DNA of 64,000 bases from Candidatus Krumholzibacteriia bacterium (GTDB taxonomy: Bacteria > Krumholzibacteriota > Krumholzibacteriia > JAJRXK01): positions 672,001 through 736,000 of the forward strand of contig JBGPIA010000001.1 of assembly GCA_041484665.1 (NCBI GenBank). Reading direction: 5' to 3'. The stretch's first letter is position 1; every line of letters begins with the position of its first letter. This document shows positions 20,178 to 30,801 of the stretch, one piece after another. Made by a program: the position numbers and the translations under genes. The notes under the pieces were generated by a model. That model searched no databases and was not told where the DNA came from. It worked only from the letters and a program-made list of their open reading frames with translations.

Positions 20178-21386
20178 GTGAAAATGCAGCCCGCGTTTCG
20201 CTGCCTGCTGCTCCTCGTTCCAATTCTGTCCCTTCTTCCAGTCCGAACTTCCCAAGCGGTGCCCGCATTTGCCCGGCGCGAGGGGGCTAAGTGCCAGATG
20301 TGCCACTTCCGTCTGCCTGAGCTCAATGAGGACGGGCACTCCTACATCCGGCGCGGCCTTAGAGAGGAACGCCGAGGGATGGCGCCGCAGACGGGGATGG
20401 TCATGGGGACCGGAGAGGTGGCGAAGACTCCGCTCGCCTCCACCGCTCGTCCTCTGGGAGAGGCCCTGCCGCTGAGCTGGCAAGATTATCTAACGGTCAT
20501 GGGGCACCATACCTTCGAAGCGCACCGTCATGCACAGGCCGGGTTTCACTCGGGCATGATCGATGGCTGGATCGGCGGGCCGCTCGATCAGCGCTGGTCC
20601 GGCGTCGCGAACTTCGCGTTCGACATCGAGGCCGGCGGCGTCGAGGTGGAACAGGCGTATGCCCAGTTCAACACCTCTTGGAGTCCACGTTTCGCTTCCC
20701 TTCGCTTCGGCCAACTTCTTCCTTTCGCGGTGCTCTTCAACGGGGGTGGCGCTGGCATGTCGCTGTCTGCGCCCGTCGTCCTGGAGACGCCGTCGAGACC
20801 GCGGAATCCTTGGGCACCTGCGACGCTCCTGCGTGGAGTTGAAATTGGCGTGGTAGACCTGCCCAGTTGGAACGCGTACGTGGGCGCGGGCCAGCCCCAG
20901 ATCGACGATCTCGTGGGTGCCAGCCACACGGATGTCTATGCCAGCGCGGAATACCTCATCGGCAAGAAAGGCAACGCCGTCAGCGGCTTCGGCTACAAGG
21001 GCGAGATCGCAGCCTCTCCCGGACAACCCTCGATCGACTACGAGAGAGTCGCGCTGTTCGCCAATGGCTATGGGCCCAGGACGAAGGGAGTGCTGGGGCT
21101 TCTCTGGGGGAGGGACAGGCCGGCCGGGGGCAAATCCCTGGGCACCGCGGGCGGGTTCCTGCTCGGGGAGGTTCTACTTGCGGAGCGATGGGCCGGGTAC
21201 GTGCGCTACGATTACGTAAACCGGGAGGCCCTTGTTGGAGATGCAGAGACCACTGACGGGCCGACCATTGGTGTGTCCTTCTGGGCACAGACCCAGGTGC
21301 GACTCACGCTCGAATCCCAGTTCCTGAAGTCGACCAGTACGTCCCGAGACCGGAGCGCGATCGCCGAGTTAATGTGGGCCTTTTGA
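20178..21386 (+). CDS. Cyc2-like monoheme cytochrome c-porin fusion
   Basis: Signal peptide, then 'AVPAFARREGAKCQMCH..PELN..G'. Beta-strand-patterned body, terminal Phe, GAGGAGG RBS. Confidence 0.75.
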   Translation: MKMQPAFRCLLLLVPILSLLPVRTSQAVPAFARREGAKCQMCHFRLPELNEDGHSYIRRGLREERRGMAPQTGMVMGTGEVAKTPLASTARPLGEALPLSWQDYLTVMGHHTFEAHRHAQAGFHSGMIDGWIGGPLDQRWSGVANFAFDIEAGGVEVEQAYAQFNTSWSPRFASLRFGQLLPFAVLFNGGGAGMSLSAPVVLETPSRPRNPWAPATLLRGVEIGVVDLPSWNAYVGAGQPQIDDLVGASHTDVYASAEYLIGKKGNAVSGFGYKGEIAASPGQPSIDYERVALFANGYGPRTKGVLGLLWGRDRPAGGKSLGTAGGFLLGEVLLAERWAGYVRYDYVNREALVGDAETTDGPTIGVSFWAQTQVRLTLESQFLKSTSTSRDRSAIAELMWAF

Positions 21387-21420
21387 GCCTGCGGGAGGAT
21401 GACTCCTTGGCAACGGCCAT

Positions 21421-21528
21421 ATGGATAGCTACGGGCAAGGCGGCTGGATGGTTCTGTGGTGGATCGGCGGGCTTGCGATCCTGATCGTGCTGGTCTGGTT
21501 TCACGCGAAGAGGCGAGGCGGTAAATAA
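21421..21528 (+). CDS. 35-aa single-TM peptide, possibly a truncated SHOCT-type membrane protein
   Basis: Manual translation MDSYGQGGWMVLWWIGGLAILIVLVWFHAKRRGGK. Not in the ORF track; lies just before DUF302. Confidence 0.45.
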   Translation: MDSYGQGGWMVLWWIGGLAILIVLVWFHAKRRGGK

Positions 21529-21541
21529 GAGGACCCGACAC

Positions 21542-21850
21542 ATGTTGGGCATCGAATACGGGTTCGCGCGCAGTTTGAAGGGTATCTCCTACGGAGCAGC
21601 AAGACAGCGCTTCGAAGTGGCGCTCAAAGAAGCAGGCTTTGGCGTACTCACGGAGATCGATGTCAAGGCCACGCTCAAGGCGCAGTTGGACGCGGACTTT
21701 ACCAACTACTTGATCCTGGGAGCATGCAACCCGACTCTTGCCCACTCGGCGTTGAGCACGGAGCCGGGCATGGGCCTCCTGCTTCCCTGCAATGTCGTGG
21801 TCACGCAGAACTATGACGGTAACGCGGTCGTCTCGAGACGCTGCAGATGA
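21542..21850 (+). pseudogene. DUF302 family protein, C-terminally truncated
   Basis: 'GFGVLTEIDVKATLK', 'ILGACNP' and 'GLLLPCNVVV'. Ends abruptly at 'VVSRRCR', lacking the usual 'DP' and final helix. Confidence 0.75.
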
Positions 21851-22156
21851 GGCTGATCAAGTTCGGCGGAAAGGTCGGGGCGGCGACCCGGCGAAATGTG
21901 CTCCAACTTTCGGCGAGCCATCGGTGGGGTGCCGATTGGACGCGCACGGCGAAGCTCCTGAGCGGGCGCGCGCGCCCGCAGCTTCTCCAGCCCCGGCTCC
22001 CAGCCCCCGGGATCGCAGAGGGATTCGCGGGAGGAGATCCTCAGCCAGCGCACGTACGTGGCTAGATCGATCAAACTGAGTGCCTTGAGAGTCTCGCCGG
22101 CCTGAGTCGCTGCCGCAGTGCGGGCAAGCCGATGGCAGCCAGCCCAGGGAAAAGCG

Positions 22157-24574
22157 ATGAGAGCAGCACGCTTCGCAGAGGAAGCGGCCCGATCGGCAGT
22201 GGATCCCGTGTGCGGGATGAAGGTCGATCCATCCAGGGCGACGCATCGATTCGAGCACGCGGGAGCCGCGTACGTGTTCTGCTCCAGCCAATGCCGCGAG
22301 AAGTTCGCAGCGACCCCGGATGCATGGCTCAGGCCGAAGCCGCCGCGCGGCGGGGATTTCATCCCCGCGGAGCGGCGGGCGGCCGGTCCCTCCAGCGGAC
22401 CGCCCGCCCCCGCTGTTTCAGAAACGACGCCACCAGGGCAGCGGCGCGCGGAACGTGACCTGGTCTACTCGTGCCCCATGCACCCGGAGGTCGTGCGTTC
22501 CGAACCCGGGAGCTGCCCGATCTGCGGCATGGCGCTCGAGCCACGCACGATCGCGGTCGGCCACGAGAAGAACCCCGAACTCGACAGCATGCGTCGCCGG
22601 TTGTGGGCCAGCATCGCTCTGACGCTCCCGCTACTCCTGATCGCAATGGCCGAGGTCGTGCGCCTCCACGCGCTGCTGCCGGCCGCCTCGCCTCGGGTGA
22701 TCACGCTCGTGCAGCTCCTTCTTGCCTCCCCGGTCGTCGTCTGGGGAGCGTGGCCGTTCTTCGTCCGTGGCTGGAAGTCGGTCGCGACGCGCAAGCTCAA
22801 CATGTTCACCCTGATCGGACTCGGCATCTTCGTCGCCTACGGCTACAGCCTGGTCGCCGCGCTTCTCCCTCGGTTCTTCCCGCCTTCATTCCGGAACGCG
22901 CACGGCGAAATTCCGGTCTACTTCGAGGCCGCGGCCGTGATCACCACGCTCGTGCTCCTGGGGCAGGTGCTCGAGCTGAGGGCCCGCAGTCAGACCGGTG
23001 CGGCCATCAAGGCGCTGCTGGGCCTTGCCCCCAAGACCGCCCGCCTGATCCGCAGCGACGGAGGCGAGGAGGACATCCCCCTCGATCAGGTCCGTCCCAA
23101 AGACAAGCTCCGCGTACGTCCCGGCGAGAAGGTACCGGTGGACGGTGCCGTGCTCGAAGGCTCCAGCGCGATCGACGAATCCATGGTCACCGGCGAGTCG
23201 ATCCCCGTGGAGAAGGTCCCTGGAGACCACGTGATCGGCGCGACCGTGAACGGCACCGGCTCGCTGGTGGTGGAGGCGCGCAAGGTAGGTGCTGACACGC
23301 TACTCTCCCAGATCGTCCAGTTGGTGGCCGACGCGCAGCGCAGCCGCGCCCCGATCCAGAAGCTGGCCGATCGAGTGTCGGGCTACTTCGTCCCGGCCGT
23401 GATCGGCATTGCTGCCGTTACGTTCGTGGTGTGGGCGCTGGTCGGCCCGCATCCGCGCATGGCGTACGCGCTGATCAATGCCGTGGCCGTTCTGATCATC
23501 GCCTGCCCGTGCGCGCTCGGACTGGCGACGCCGATGTCGATCATGGTGGCTGTAGGCAAGGGCGCCACCGTCGGGGTTCTGTTCAAGGACGCCGAGGCCA
23601 TCGAGATGCTACGCAAGGTGGACACACTTGTGGTGGACAAGACCGGTACCCTGACGCAGGGAAAGCCCAAGCTCGTGTCAGTGGTGCCCGGCGATGGATG
23701 GGATGAACGTACGGTGCTCCGGTTCGCCGCCAGCCTCGAGCGCGGGAGCGAGCATCCGCTCGCCGCCGCGATCGTCGCCGGCGCCAGCGAGCGCGGGAAC
23801 GAGCTCACGACCGCCGGCGAGTTCCAATCGGCCACCGGCAAGGGGGTAAAGGGCAGCGTCGACGGCCATGCCGTCGCGCTCGGCAATGCGAAGCTCCTCC
23901 AGGATCTCGGCGTCGCTGCGGGCGAACTCGCGCGCCGCGCCGACGCGCTTCGGGCCGACGGCCAGACCGTCATGTTCGTTGCGGTCGACGGCAAGATTGC
24001 CGGTCTCATCGGGGTCGCCGACCCGATCAAGGAAACCACGCCCGACGCAATCCGAAACCTGCACGACGGGGGAATACGCGTCGTGATGCTCACGGGCGAC
24101 AGCCGCACGACAGCCGAAGCGGTCGCGCGGAAACTCGGGATCGACGAGGTCGTGGCCGAGGTCCTCCCCGACCGAAAGGCAGAGGTCATCCGTCGCTTGC
24201 AGCAAGAGCACCGCTTCGTCGCCATGGCGGGCGACGGAATCAATGACGCCCCGGCGCTGGCCCAAGCCCAGGTGGGAATCGCAATGGGCACGGGAACGGA
24301 CGTGGCCATGGAGAGCGCGGGCGTGACCCTGGTCAAGGGTGATCTGCGGGGGATCGTGCGCGCACGGGTCCTCAGTCGCGCCACCATGCGCAACATCCGG
24401 CAGAATCTGATCTTGGCCTTCGTCTACAACTCGCTGGGAGTGCCCATCGCGGCCGGCGTGCTCTATCCGGTCTTCGGGCTGCTCCTCAGCCCCATGATCG
24501 CCGCGGCCGCGATGAGCTTCAGTTCGGTCTCGGTGATTGGGAATGCGCTGCGCCTGCGGCGCCTGACGCTCTAG
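22157..24574 (+). CDS. copA: Cu(I)-translocating P1B-type ATPase with YHS and CPMH metal-binding domains
   Basis: [44 protein letters not shown] and MSFSS. Start uncertain (GTG 22118 is an alternative). Confidence 0.95.
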   Translation: MRAARFAEEAARSAVDPVCGMKVDPSRATHRFEHAGAAYVFCSSQCREKFAATPDAWLRPKPPRGGDFIPAERRAAGPSSGPPAPAVSETTPPGQRRAERDLVYSCPMHPEVVRSEPGSCPICGMALEPRTIAVGHEKNPELDSMRRRLWASIALTLPLLLIAMAEVVRLHALLPAASPRVITLVQLLLASPVVVWGAWPFFVRGWKSVATRKLNMFTLIGLGIFVAYGYSLVAALLPRFFPPSFRNAHGEIPVYFEAAAVITTLVLLGQVLELRARSQTGAAIKALLGLAPKTARLIRSDGGEEDIPLDQVRPKDKLRVRPGEKVPVDGAVLEGSSAIDESMVTGESIPVEKVPGDHVIGATVNGTGSLVVEARKVGADTLLSQIVQLVADAQRSRAPIQKLADRVSGYFVPAVIGIAAVTFVVWALVGPHPRMAYALINAVAVLIIACPCALGLATPMSIMVAVGKGATVGVLFKDAEAIEMLRKVDTLVVDKTGTLTQGKPKLVSVVPGDGWDERTVLRFAASLERGSEHPLAAAIVAGASERGNELTTAGEFQSATGKGVKGSVDGHAVALGNAKLLQDLGVAAGELARRADALRADGQTVMFVAVDGKIAGLIGVADPIKETTPDAIRNLHDGGIRVVMLTGDSRTTAEAVARKLGIDEVVAEVLPDRKAEVIRRLQQEHRFVAMAGDGINDAPALAQAQVGIAMGTGTDVAMESAGVTLVKGDLRGIVRARVLSRATMRNIRQNLILAFVYNSLGVPIAAGVLYPVFGLLLSPMIAAAAMSFSSVSVIGNALRLRRLTL

Positions 24575-24584
24575 AGAAGCCCGC

Positions 24585-24607
24585 CCCCTTCGCAGGAAGC
24601 GAAGGGG
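24585..24607 (+). terminator. Hairpin after copA
   Basis: CCCCTTCGC-AGGAA-GCGAAGGGG, a 9-bp stem with no U-tract. Confidence 0.4.
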
Positions 24608-24739
24608 CAGGCCGGCGAGCGGGTTTCCGACAGCCTCGCAGGTGAGGCCAGCGGGCAGCCGAAGCACCGCTGTGGGGCGCTCCCCTGCGAAAGGTCGCCA
24701 GCCCTCGACAAGACGGCCGCCATCCAGGACTCTCCCCCC

Positions 24740-26053
24740 ATGGGAGCCTCTTCCCGCGCCATTACCGCCTGGTGCTTGTACGACGTCGGCAACTCCGCGT
24801 TCGCCACGACAGTGATTGCCGCGCTGCTCCCCGTCTATTTCAGCGAGGTGGCCGGCGCATCGCTCCACGCCGATCCCGCGCGCGCCCGGGTGCTGGCCAC
24901 CACCACCTGGGCGTGGGCCAACACGCTGTCGCTGGCGGTGGTCGCGGTCGGGTCGCCGCTCCTGGGGGCGGTGGCCGACCTGCGTGGCGGTCGCAAGCGG
25001 CTGCTTGCCGGCTTCGCCGTGATCGGGGCGCTGCTGACCGCGCTGCTGGTGACCGTGGAGCGCGGCGATTGGCTGCGCGCGGCCACGCTGTTCGCCTTCG
25101 CCCAGGTCGCCTACTCGTGGTCCATCGTGATGTACGACTCGCTCCTGCCCCACGTCGCCGATCCCGGCCAGCTCGACCGGGTATCCTCCCGCGGGTTCGC
25201 TTGGGGGTACCTCGGCGGGGGCGTGCTGCTGGCGGCGCAGGTCGCTGCGATCCTCAAACCTCGGTGGTTTGGCCTGCACGACGCTGGCATGGCGACGCGG
25301 CTGTCGTTCCTGACGGTCGGGGTCTGGTGGCTCCTCTTCACGCTGCCGCTGTTGAGGCACGTCCACGAGCGACGTGGACGCACGGTGGTGGCCGGCTCGG
25401 TCCGCGCGCTGGAGCTTCCGCGGCGCACGCTCGCGCTACTGTGGAAGACGCTGCACGAGCTGCGCGGGCACCGCGACGCATTCCGCTTCCTGATCGCGTT
25501 CTGGCTCTACAACGACGGCATCGGGACCATCGTGCGCATGGCCACCATCTTCGGCGCCGAGATCGGCGTGGGGCGCACGACGCTCATCGGCGCCATCCTG
25601 CTGGTCCAGTTTCTGGGCTTCCCGTTCTCGCTCTTGTTCGGCCGGCTGGCGGCCCGCTTCGGGCCCAAGCGTGCCGTGCTGGCGGCTCTCGTGGGCTACG
25701 TGGGAATCTGCGTGTTCGCCACGTTCATGACCTCCGCCCTGCACTTCTGGCTGCTGGCCGTGCTGGTGAGCGTAGTGCAGGGCGGGGCGCAAGCGCTCAG
25801 CCGCTCGCTGTTCGCCGCCATGATCCCCGTAGAGCGCAGCGCCGAGTTCTTCGGTTTCTACGACCTCAGCTCCAAGTTCGCCGGGATCCTGGGGCCGCTG
25901 GTGTTCGCGGCCGCCGGGACGCTGCTGGGCAGCAGTCGGTTCGGCGTGTTGGCCGTGCTCGTGTTCTTCGTGGCTGGCATCGCCGTGCTGAGCACGGTGC
26001 ATCCCGAGCGGTCCGCCGCGCCAGGCGGCCGGCGCGCGGAGGCGCCGTCGTGA
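24740..26053 (+). CDS. MFS transporter, UMF1/Atg22-like
   Basis: '[12 protein letters not shown]', '[13 protein letters not shown]', 'YNDGIGT', 'QALSRSLF' and 'EFFGFY'. Confidence 0.9.
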   Translation: MGASSRAITAWCLYDVGNSAFATTVIAALLPVYFSEVAGASLHADPARARVLATTTWAWANTLSLAVVAVGSPLLGAVADLRGGRKRLLAGFAVIGALLTALLVTVERGDWLRAATLFAFAQVAYSWSIVMYDSLLPHVADPGQLDRVSSRGFAWGYLGGGVLLAAQVAAILKPRWFGLHDAGMATRLSFLTVGVWWLLFTLPLLRHVHERRGRTVVAGSVRALELPRRTLALLWKTLHELRGHRDAFRFLIAFWLYNDGIGTIVRMATIFGAEIGVGRTTLIGAILLVQFLGFPFSLLFGRLAARFGPKRAVLAALVGYVGICVFATFMTSALHFWLLAVLVSVVQGGAQALSRSLFAAMIPVERSAEFFGFYDLSSKFAGILGPLVFAAAGTLLGSSRFGVLAVLVFFVAGIAVLSTVHPERSAAPGGRRAEAPS

Positions 26054-27318
26054 GCGCGGCCGGCTCCGACGACCTCTCCAGGTTCAACCTCGCGCGCGGC
26101 TTCGGCCTCGCCCCGCCGGCGGGCGGCGACCGGCTCCCGAGCGACGTGCGCGCGTGGGGGCTGGTCTCGTTCTGCTCCGATCTCGGACACGAGACGGTGA
26201 CGTCGCTCTTGCCGGCCTTCCTCGCGGGGCTGGGCGCGCCGCCGGCGTCGCTGGGCCTGATCGAGGGCGTCTCGGATGGCGCTGCGACCTTCACGAAGCT
26301 GCTGGGCGGACGGCTGGCCGACCGCTTGCGCCGCCTCAAGCCGCCGGCGATCGCGGGGTACGTTCTGACCGGGCTGGCCATGCCGGCGATCTCCATTGCC
26401 GGCGGCTGGGGCTCCGTGCTGGTGCTGCGCACGCTCGCCTGGCTGGGACGCGGGGTGCGCGCCCCGCTGCGGGACACGCTCCTGGACCGTGCCGTCGCCC
26501 CCCACCAGCGCGGGCGCGCCTTCGGGCTGGAGCGGGCGATGGATCAAGTGGGAGCGGTGGTCGCTCCCTTGACCGCCAGCCTGCTGCTCCACTTCGCTTT
26601 CGGCATACGCACGATCATGGCGTTGGCCGTGGTGCCCGGGGTCACTGCAGCGCTGATCGTGGCACTCGCCGTGCGCGAGCGGGCGCGCCCGGGCCAGCAT
26701 GGAGCGGCGCAGGCCGACGCGCCCAGCGGCGCCGGCCACCGGCCCCTGCCGGGTTCCTTCAAGCGCATGCTGGTGGCGCTGGGCGTCTTCGGCAGTGGCG
26801 ACTTCGCCAAGACGCTGCTGGTGCTGTGGGCGCTCGGGCCGGCGGCGGGCCGGCTGAACCCCGGCGCGATCAGCGTGGCGGTGCTTCTCTACGCTGGCTT
26901 CAATCTGATGACGGTGCTGGCGGCGTGGCTGGGCGGCCGCGCCTCCGACACCGTGGGGCGCAAACCCGTGCTGGTGACCGCGTATGCCGTCGGATGCCTA
27001 AGCAGCATGGTGCCCGTGCTCGCGCGGCCTTCGCTGGCGAGCGCGGCGCTCGCGCTGGGCCTGGCCGGCCTGCTGGTCGGCACGGAGGAAGCCGTGGAGC
27101 GCGCTTGGGCCGCCGATCTGACACCGCAGGGTCGGCGTGGCTGGGCGTTCGGTCTTGTGCACATGACCAACGGGATCGGTGACTTCGTCGCCTCGGTCGC
27201 GGTGGGAGCGCTGTGGACCGCCTTCGGCGCCCGGATCGCGTTCGCCACCGCCGCCGCGCTCATGGTGCTGGGCACCTTGATGACGGCGGCGGTGCCCGTC
27301 CCCCGGCGCACGGACTGA
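26050..27318 (+). CDS. MFS transporter
   Basis: GTGA overlap. 'SFCSDLGHE', 'GLIEG', 'GRGVRAPLRD' and 'GRAFGLERAMD'; multiple TM segments. Confidence 0.88.
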   Translation: MSAAGSDDLSRFNLARGFGLAPPAGGDRLPSDVRAWGLVSFCSDLGHETVTSLLPAFLAGLGAPPASLGLIEGVSDGAATFTKLLGGRLADRLRRLKPPAIAGYVLTGLAMPAISIAGGWGSVLVLRTLAWLGRGVRAPLRDTLLDRAVAPHQRGRAFGLERAMDQVGAVVAPLTASLLLHFAFGIRTIMALAVVPGVTAALIVALAVRERARPGQHGAAQADAPSGAGHRPLPGSFKRMLVALGVFGSGDFAKTLLVLWALGPAAGRLNPGAISVAVLLYAGFNLMTVLAAWLGGRASDTVGRKPVLVTAYAVGCLSSMVPVLARPSLASAALALGLAGLLVGTEEAVERAWAADLTPQGRRGWAFGLVHMTNGIGDFVASVAVGALWTAFGARIAFATAAALMVLGTLMTAAVPVPRRTD

Positions 27319-27337
27319 TCGGCGTCGGCCGAATGGC

Positions 27338-29395
27338 TCAGTGCAACAACAGCAGCTTCTGCGAGCGATTGCCCTGCGCGGTGCGTAGCCGGCAGACGTA
27401 GACGCCCGCCGGGAGCCGTCGCCCCGCGTCGTCCCGGCCGTCCCACAGCAGCTGGCTTTGCCCCGCTGCGAACGGGCCGTCCCCTAGCATCCGCACGCGG
27501 CGTCCCGCTGCGTCGTACACGGCCACCTGCGCAGTCTGGTCGCGCGGCAGTACGAAGCGCACCAGGCCCCATCCGTTCGTGGGGTTGGGCTGCAGTGGCT
27601 CCAGCACCGGCGAAGTCGAGGGCGCCAGGGTTCCTCCGACGGCCACGGGGCTGCCCGCCACCCGGAACGCATCGATCGCGGGCACGCTCAACCAGTTCCC
27701 TGCCGACGTGAGCGCGCGCGCCTCCAGCGTGTAGACCCCATCGGGCAAGGGCGGCGCGGTCCACGTGAACGCCTCGTCGTAGCCGCCGAAGGCCCCGTCG
27801 TCGGGCGTCGCGCTGAGCCATGGCCAGTTCACAATCCGGCACTGCACGTCGGCAATCGTGACCAGCGTCATTCCGTGAGGCGCGGGCGCGTAGTGCGAAT
27901 TGGGATTGGCGTTGGGAAGGGTGGCGACATGGGCCTGGCCGGTCCAGGTCGGCGTGGCATCGGAGGTCGGGTCGGGCACGAGCGGGTTCAGCGTCACCAG
28001 CGGCTCGGTGTCGAGGATGTCGAGGATGCCGTCGCCATCGGTGTCCCGCCAGCCGATCTGCCTGCGGGACGACGTGCACACGGCGGTGGAGTCGTTCTGG
28101 TTCATCAGGCACACGACGCTCGAGCTGGCGTTGTCCGGGGCGCTCAGGTAGCCCGACCACTGCTGAATGCCTTCGTACTCATCGGTGGCGAAGAAGATGT
28201 GCCCTATCTCGTGCATGGGCACCACACCGTAGTAGCGCTGCCAGTTGTAGGCCCACGTGGAGTAGCGCGCCATGTAGACCCACGGGCCGCCGTAGTAGGC
28301 CCAGGCGTAGCCGCCACCCGAGAACAGCCCCTGGTTGACCGCGGGATCGCTGTCGACGATCACGATGGAGAAGCACCAGTTCGTGTTGAAGGCGTCGCGG
28401 ATCGAGTTGTTGTAGGCAAACCCTTTCTCGAAGCCATTGGCGCCGCTGAATCCCGCGGCGGTCAGCACCTCGTCCATCCAGGTCTTGTCCCACGACTGCG
28501 GGTGCTGGATCGGGACTCCGCTCACGGGCACGTCGGTGTGGACATCCACCACGAACGTCAGGGCGGCTGCGGGACCGCCCTTGCGCACCCAGTTGTCCAG
28601 GCTCGCCATCACGCCGGCCAGCGTCTGGTCCTTCTCCTGCTGCGTCCAATCGTACTGCGAGCCGGCGGCCTCCAGCAGCCAGACGCCCACGGCGCTCGTG
28701 CCCATGAAGAACTCGCTCGTGTCGTAGTACTGGGCGCCATAGGGCAGACGGGCGGAAGTCTTGCCCTGCGCGCGAGGTGGCGATGGCCCCAACGCCACGG
28801 GAAGGGGTCCGGCGTCGGGGAAGGGTGGGCGGCCGCCGTCGTCCGGAACCGGGGGGTGCGGCGCCGCGCTCGCTGTCGCGTCTGCTTGCGTCGTCGAGGG
28901 AGCCGCCGGAAAGACTCCCGACGCGCGCCACTGCACCGCGAGGCTCCACGCCCGGGTGGCGAGCGCGGTCTGCGGTTCCATCGCCACGGCGATCGCCCCG
29001 TTCGCAAGCGCCGCGCTCGCCATCGCCACGTTCGCCGGCGCAGCACCGGCAGAGCCGGATGCGCCGGCTGGGGCTCGCTGGACGCGTGCGATCCAGCGGC
29101 GCAACGGCGGCGCCGCGAGCACTGCGTCGGTGGCGTAGACGACCGCCACCCGGGGGGGCCAGACGACCGACGCGTGGCCGCCCACGGACTCCAACGCGTC
29201 GGCGAACGCCCGCGCGTCGCCGGGAGCGTCCTCGCGCAGCACGACGAAGGCGCAGGAAGCGTCATCCCACGGGGCATCCGCCGCGCCGCAGCGCAAAGCA
29301 AAGGCCGCGCCGACCGCGGTGAGCAAGGCAACCCCGCCGTAGACGGCCAAGGCCAGCCTCAGCCTGGCGAGCGTGGCACATTGCGTGTGCCTCAT
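27338..29395 (-). CDS. Secreted zinc metalloprotease-like protein with FlgD-Ig-like tail
   Basis: Signal peptide, 'HEIGHIFFATDEY' and 'CLMN'. Ig-like domain, then tail 'PNP..VYDAAGRRVRML..WDGRD..GVY'. ATGA overlap with the upstream gene. Confidence 0.75.
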   Translation of the reverse strand: MRHTQCATLARLRLALAVYGGVALLTAVGAAFALRCGAADAPWDDASCAFVVLREDAPGDARAFADALESVGGHASVVWPPRVAVVYATDAVLAAPPLRRWIARVQRAPAGASGSAGAAPANVAMASAALANGAIAVAMEPQTALATRAWSLAVQWRASGVFPAAPSTTQADATASAAPHPPVPDDGGRPPFPDAGPLPVALGPSPPRAQGKTSARLPYGAQYYDTSEFFMGTSAVGVWLLEAAGSQYDWTQQEKDQTLAGVMASLDNWVRKGGPAAALTFVVDVHTDVPVSGVPIQHPQSWDKTWMDEVLTAAGFSGANGFEKGFAYNNSIRDAFNTNWCFSIVIVDSDPAVNQGLFSGGGYAWAYYGGPWVYMARYSTWAYNWQRYYGVVPMHEIGHIFFATDEYEGIQQWSGYLSAPDNASSSVVCLMNQNDSTAVCTSSRRQIGWRDTDGDGILDILDTEPLVTLNPLVPDPTSDATPTWTGQAHVATLPNANPNSHYAPAPHGMTLVTIADVQCRIVNWPWLSATPDDGAFGGYDEAFTWTAPPLPDGVYTLEARALTSAGNWLSVPAIDAFRVAGSPVAVGGTLAPSTSPVLEPLQPNPTNGWGLVRFVLPRDQTAQVAVYDAAGRRVRMLGDGPFAAGQSQLLWDGRDDAGRRLPAGVYVCRLRTAQGNRSQKLLLLH

Positions 29396-30801
29396 GCGGT
29401 AGACCTCCCGTCCGCGAGCCCCAGGCAACGCAGCGCCAGATCCTTCACACCGGTCATGCGCAGGCCGGGCTGGGCCAAGGCGTGCTGCGGCGCGATCAGC
29501 ACCGGCCCATCCATCGCATCGGCCGGGTCCGTACCGTGGCTGCCGCGGACGGGCGAGGGATCCAGTCCGATCACGTCCATGCGGTAGCGCAGGCCGAGCG
29601 TTTTCTGCACCAGGCGCAGCCCTGCGCGCGCCCTCACGCCCGAGGCGTGCGGATCCAGGAACAGCTCCATCGGATCGTAGCCCGGCTTGCGGTGGATCTC
29701 CACGGTGCGGGCGAAGTCGGGCGCCCGGCGGTCATCGAGCCAGTAGGGGTACGCGAACCAGGCGTCGCGGGCGCTGAAGGCCACGATCTCCCCGGCGCGC
29801 TCGTGGTCGAGTCCGGCCGCGGCGCGCTGCGCGCCGACCAGCACGCGCTCCACGCCGTCGAGGGCCGCGATCGTCTCGGCGACGCGAGGGACCAGTCCGG
29901 GTTCGCTCACGTAGACGTGGGCGGCTTGGTGATCGCAGACGGCGAAGGCCTGGCTGTTGAATGTGTCGAGCACCTCCCCGAACGGGCCGTCGCGCACGGC
30001 CAGCCAGCCGCTCTGGCGCAGCGCGCGGTTCAGCAGGACGGTCCTGCGCACCGGCATGAGGCCGTACTCGCTCACGACGATGGGAGTGGCGCCGGTCTGC
30101 TTCGCCGCATCGAGGATCAACCCGACACAGTCGTCCACCTCACGCAGGCACCGCGCGACGCCGGGCACGTCGGGGCCGAAGCGCTGCAGGTCGTAGTCGA
30201 GGTGCGGGAGGTAGACCAAGGTCAGCGTCGGCCGCTTCGTGAGCATCGTCTGCGTCGCCGCGAGCGTGATCCACTCGGTGCTGGGCAGCCCCGCCTTCGG
30301 TCCCCAGAACGAGAAGAACGGAAACGCCCCCAGCTCCTGCTCCATCTCCTCGCTGAAGCCCTCCGGCGTGCCGTGGATGCCAAACGCCTTCGAGCCATCG
30401 CTGCCGTAATGGGGTTTGGGCGTGAGCGACCAGTCGACCGGCGCACCTTGATTGAACCACCAGAAGAGCTTGGCGCAGGTGAAGTGCTCGCCGCGCGCCG
30501 CGGCCAGGCGGCGCGCCGCGGCGTACAGCGTCTCGGCCTGGATCAGTCGGTTGCTCTGCTGCCAGAAGCGGACCTCCATGGTGTCGCGGTAGAGCCAGCC
30601 GTTGGCGACGATCCCATGGCGCGACGGCAGCTCGCCGGTGAGCAGACTGGCCTGCGCCGTGCACGTGACCGCGGGTAGCACGCCCGCCAGCGGGAGCGCG
30701 GCCCCGGTGGCGGCAAGTTTGCACAGGTGCGGGGTGTCGGGGCCGAGATGGCGGGGCGTCAGGCCCACAATGTCGATGAGGCAGACCGGGTGCAGCGGCA
30801 T
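29392..30801 (-). CDS. Alkaline phosphatase superfamily / nucleotide pyrophosphatase, EboF-like
   Basis: 'DIVGLT', 'PAVTCTAQ', 'HGIVANGW', 'FWQQSN', 'YLPHLDY', 'DHQAAH', 'HRKPGYDP' and 'GSHG'. Confidence 0.88.
   Translation of the reverse strand: MPLHPVCLIDIVGLTPRHLGPDTPHLCKLAATGAALPLAGVLPAVTCTAQASLLTGELPSRHGIVANGWLYRDTMEVRFWQQSNRLIQAETLYAAARRLAAARGEHFTCAKLFWWFNQGAPVDWSLTPKPHYGSDGSKAFGIHGTPEGFSEEMEQELGAFPFFSFWGPKAGLPSTEWITLAATQTMLTKRPTLTLVYLPHLDYDLQRFGPDVPGVARCLREVDDCVGLILDAAKQTGATPIVVSEYGLMPVRRTVLLNRALRQSGWLAVRDGPFGEVLDTFNSQAFAVCDHQAAHVYVSEPGLVPRVAETIAALDGVERVLVGAQRAAAGLDHERAGEIVAFSARDAWFAYPYWLDDRRAPDFARTVEIHRKPGYDPMELFLDPHASGVRARAGLRLVQKTLGLRYRMDVIGLDPSPVRGSHGTDPADAMDGPVLIAPQHALAQPGLRMTGVKDLALRCLGLADGRSTA

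Noticed and set aside
24772..26049. Long N-terminal extensions in the ORF track (also ORFs starting 4612, 11809, 49133, 59077, 60036 and 61082)
   Set aside because: They are Arg/Pro-rich off-frame overlaps. Stop/start overlaps or RBSs indicate the later starts.
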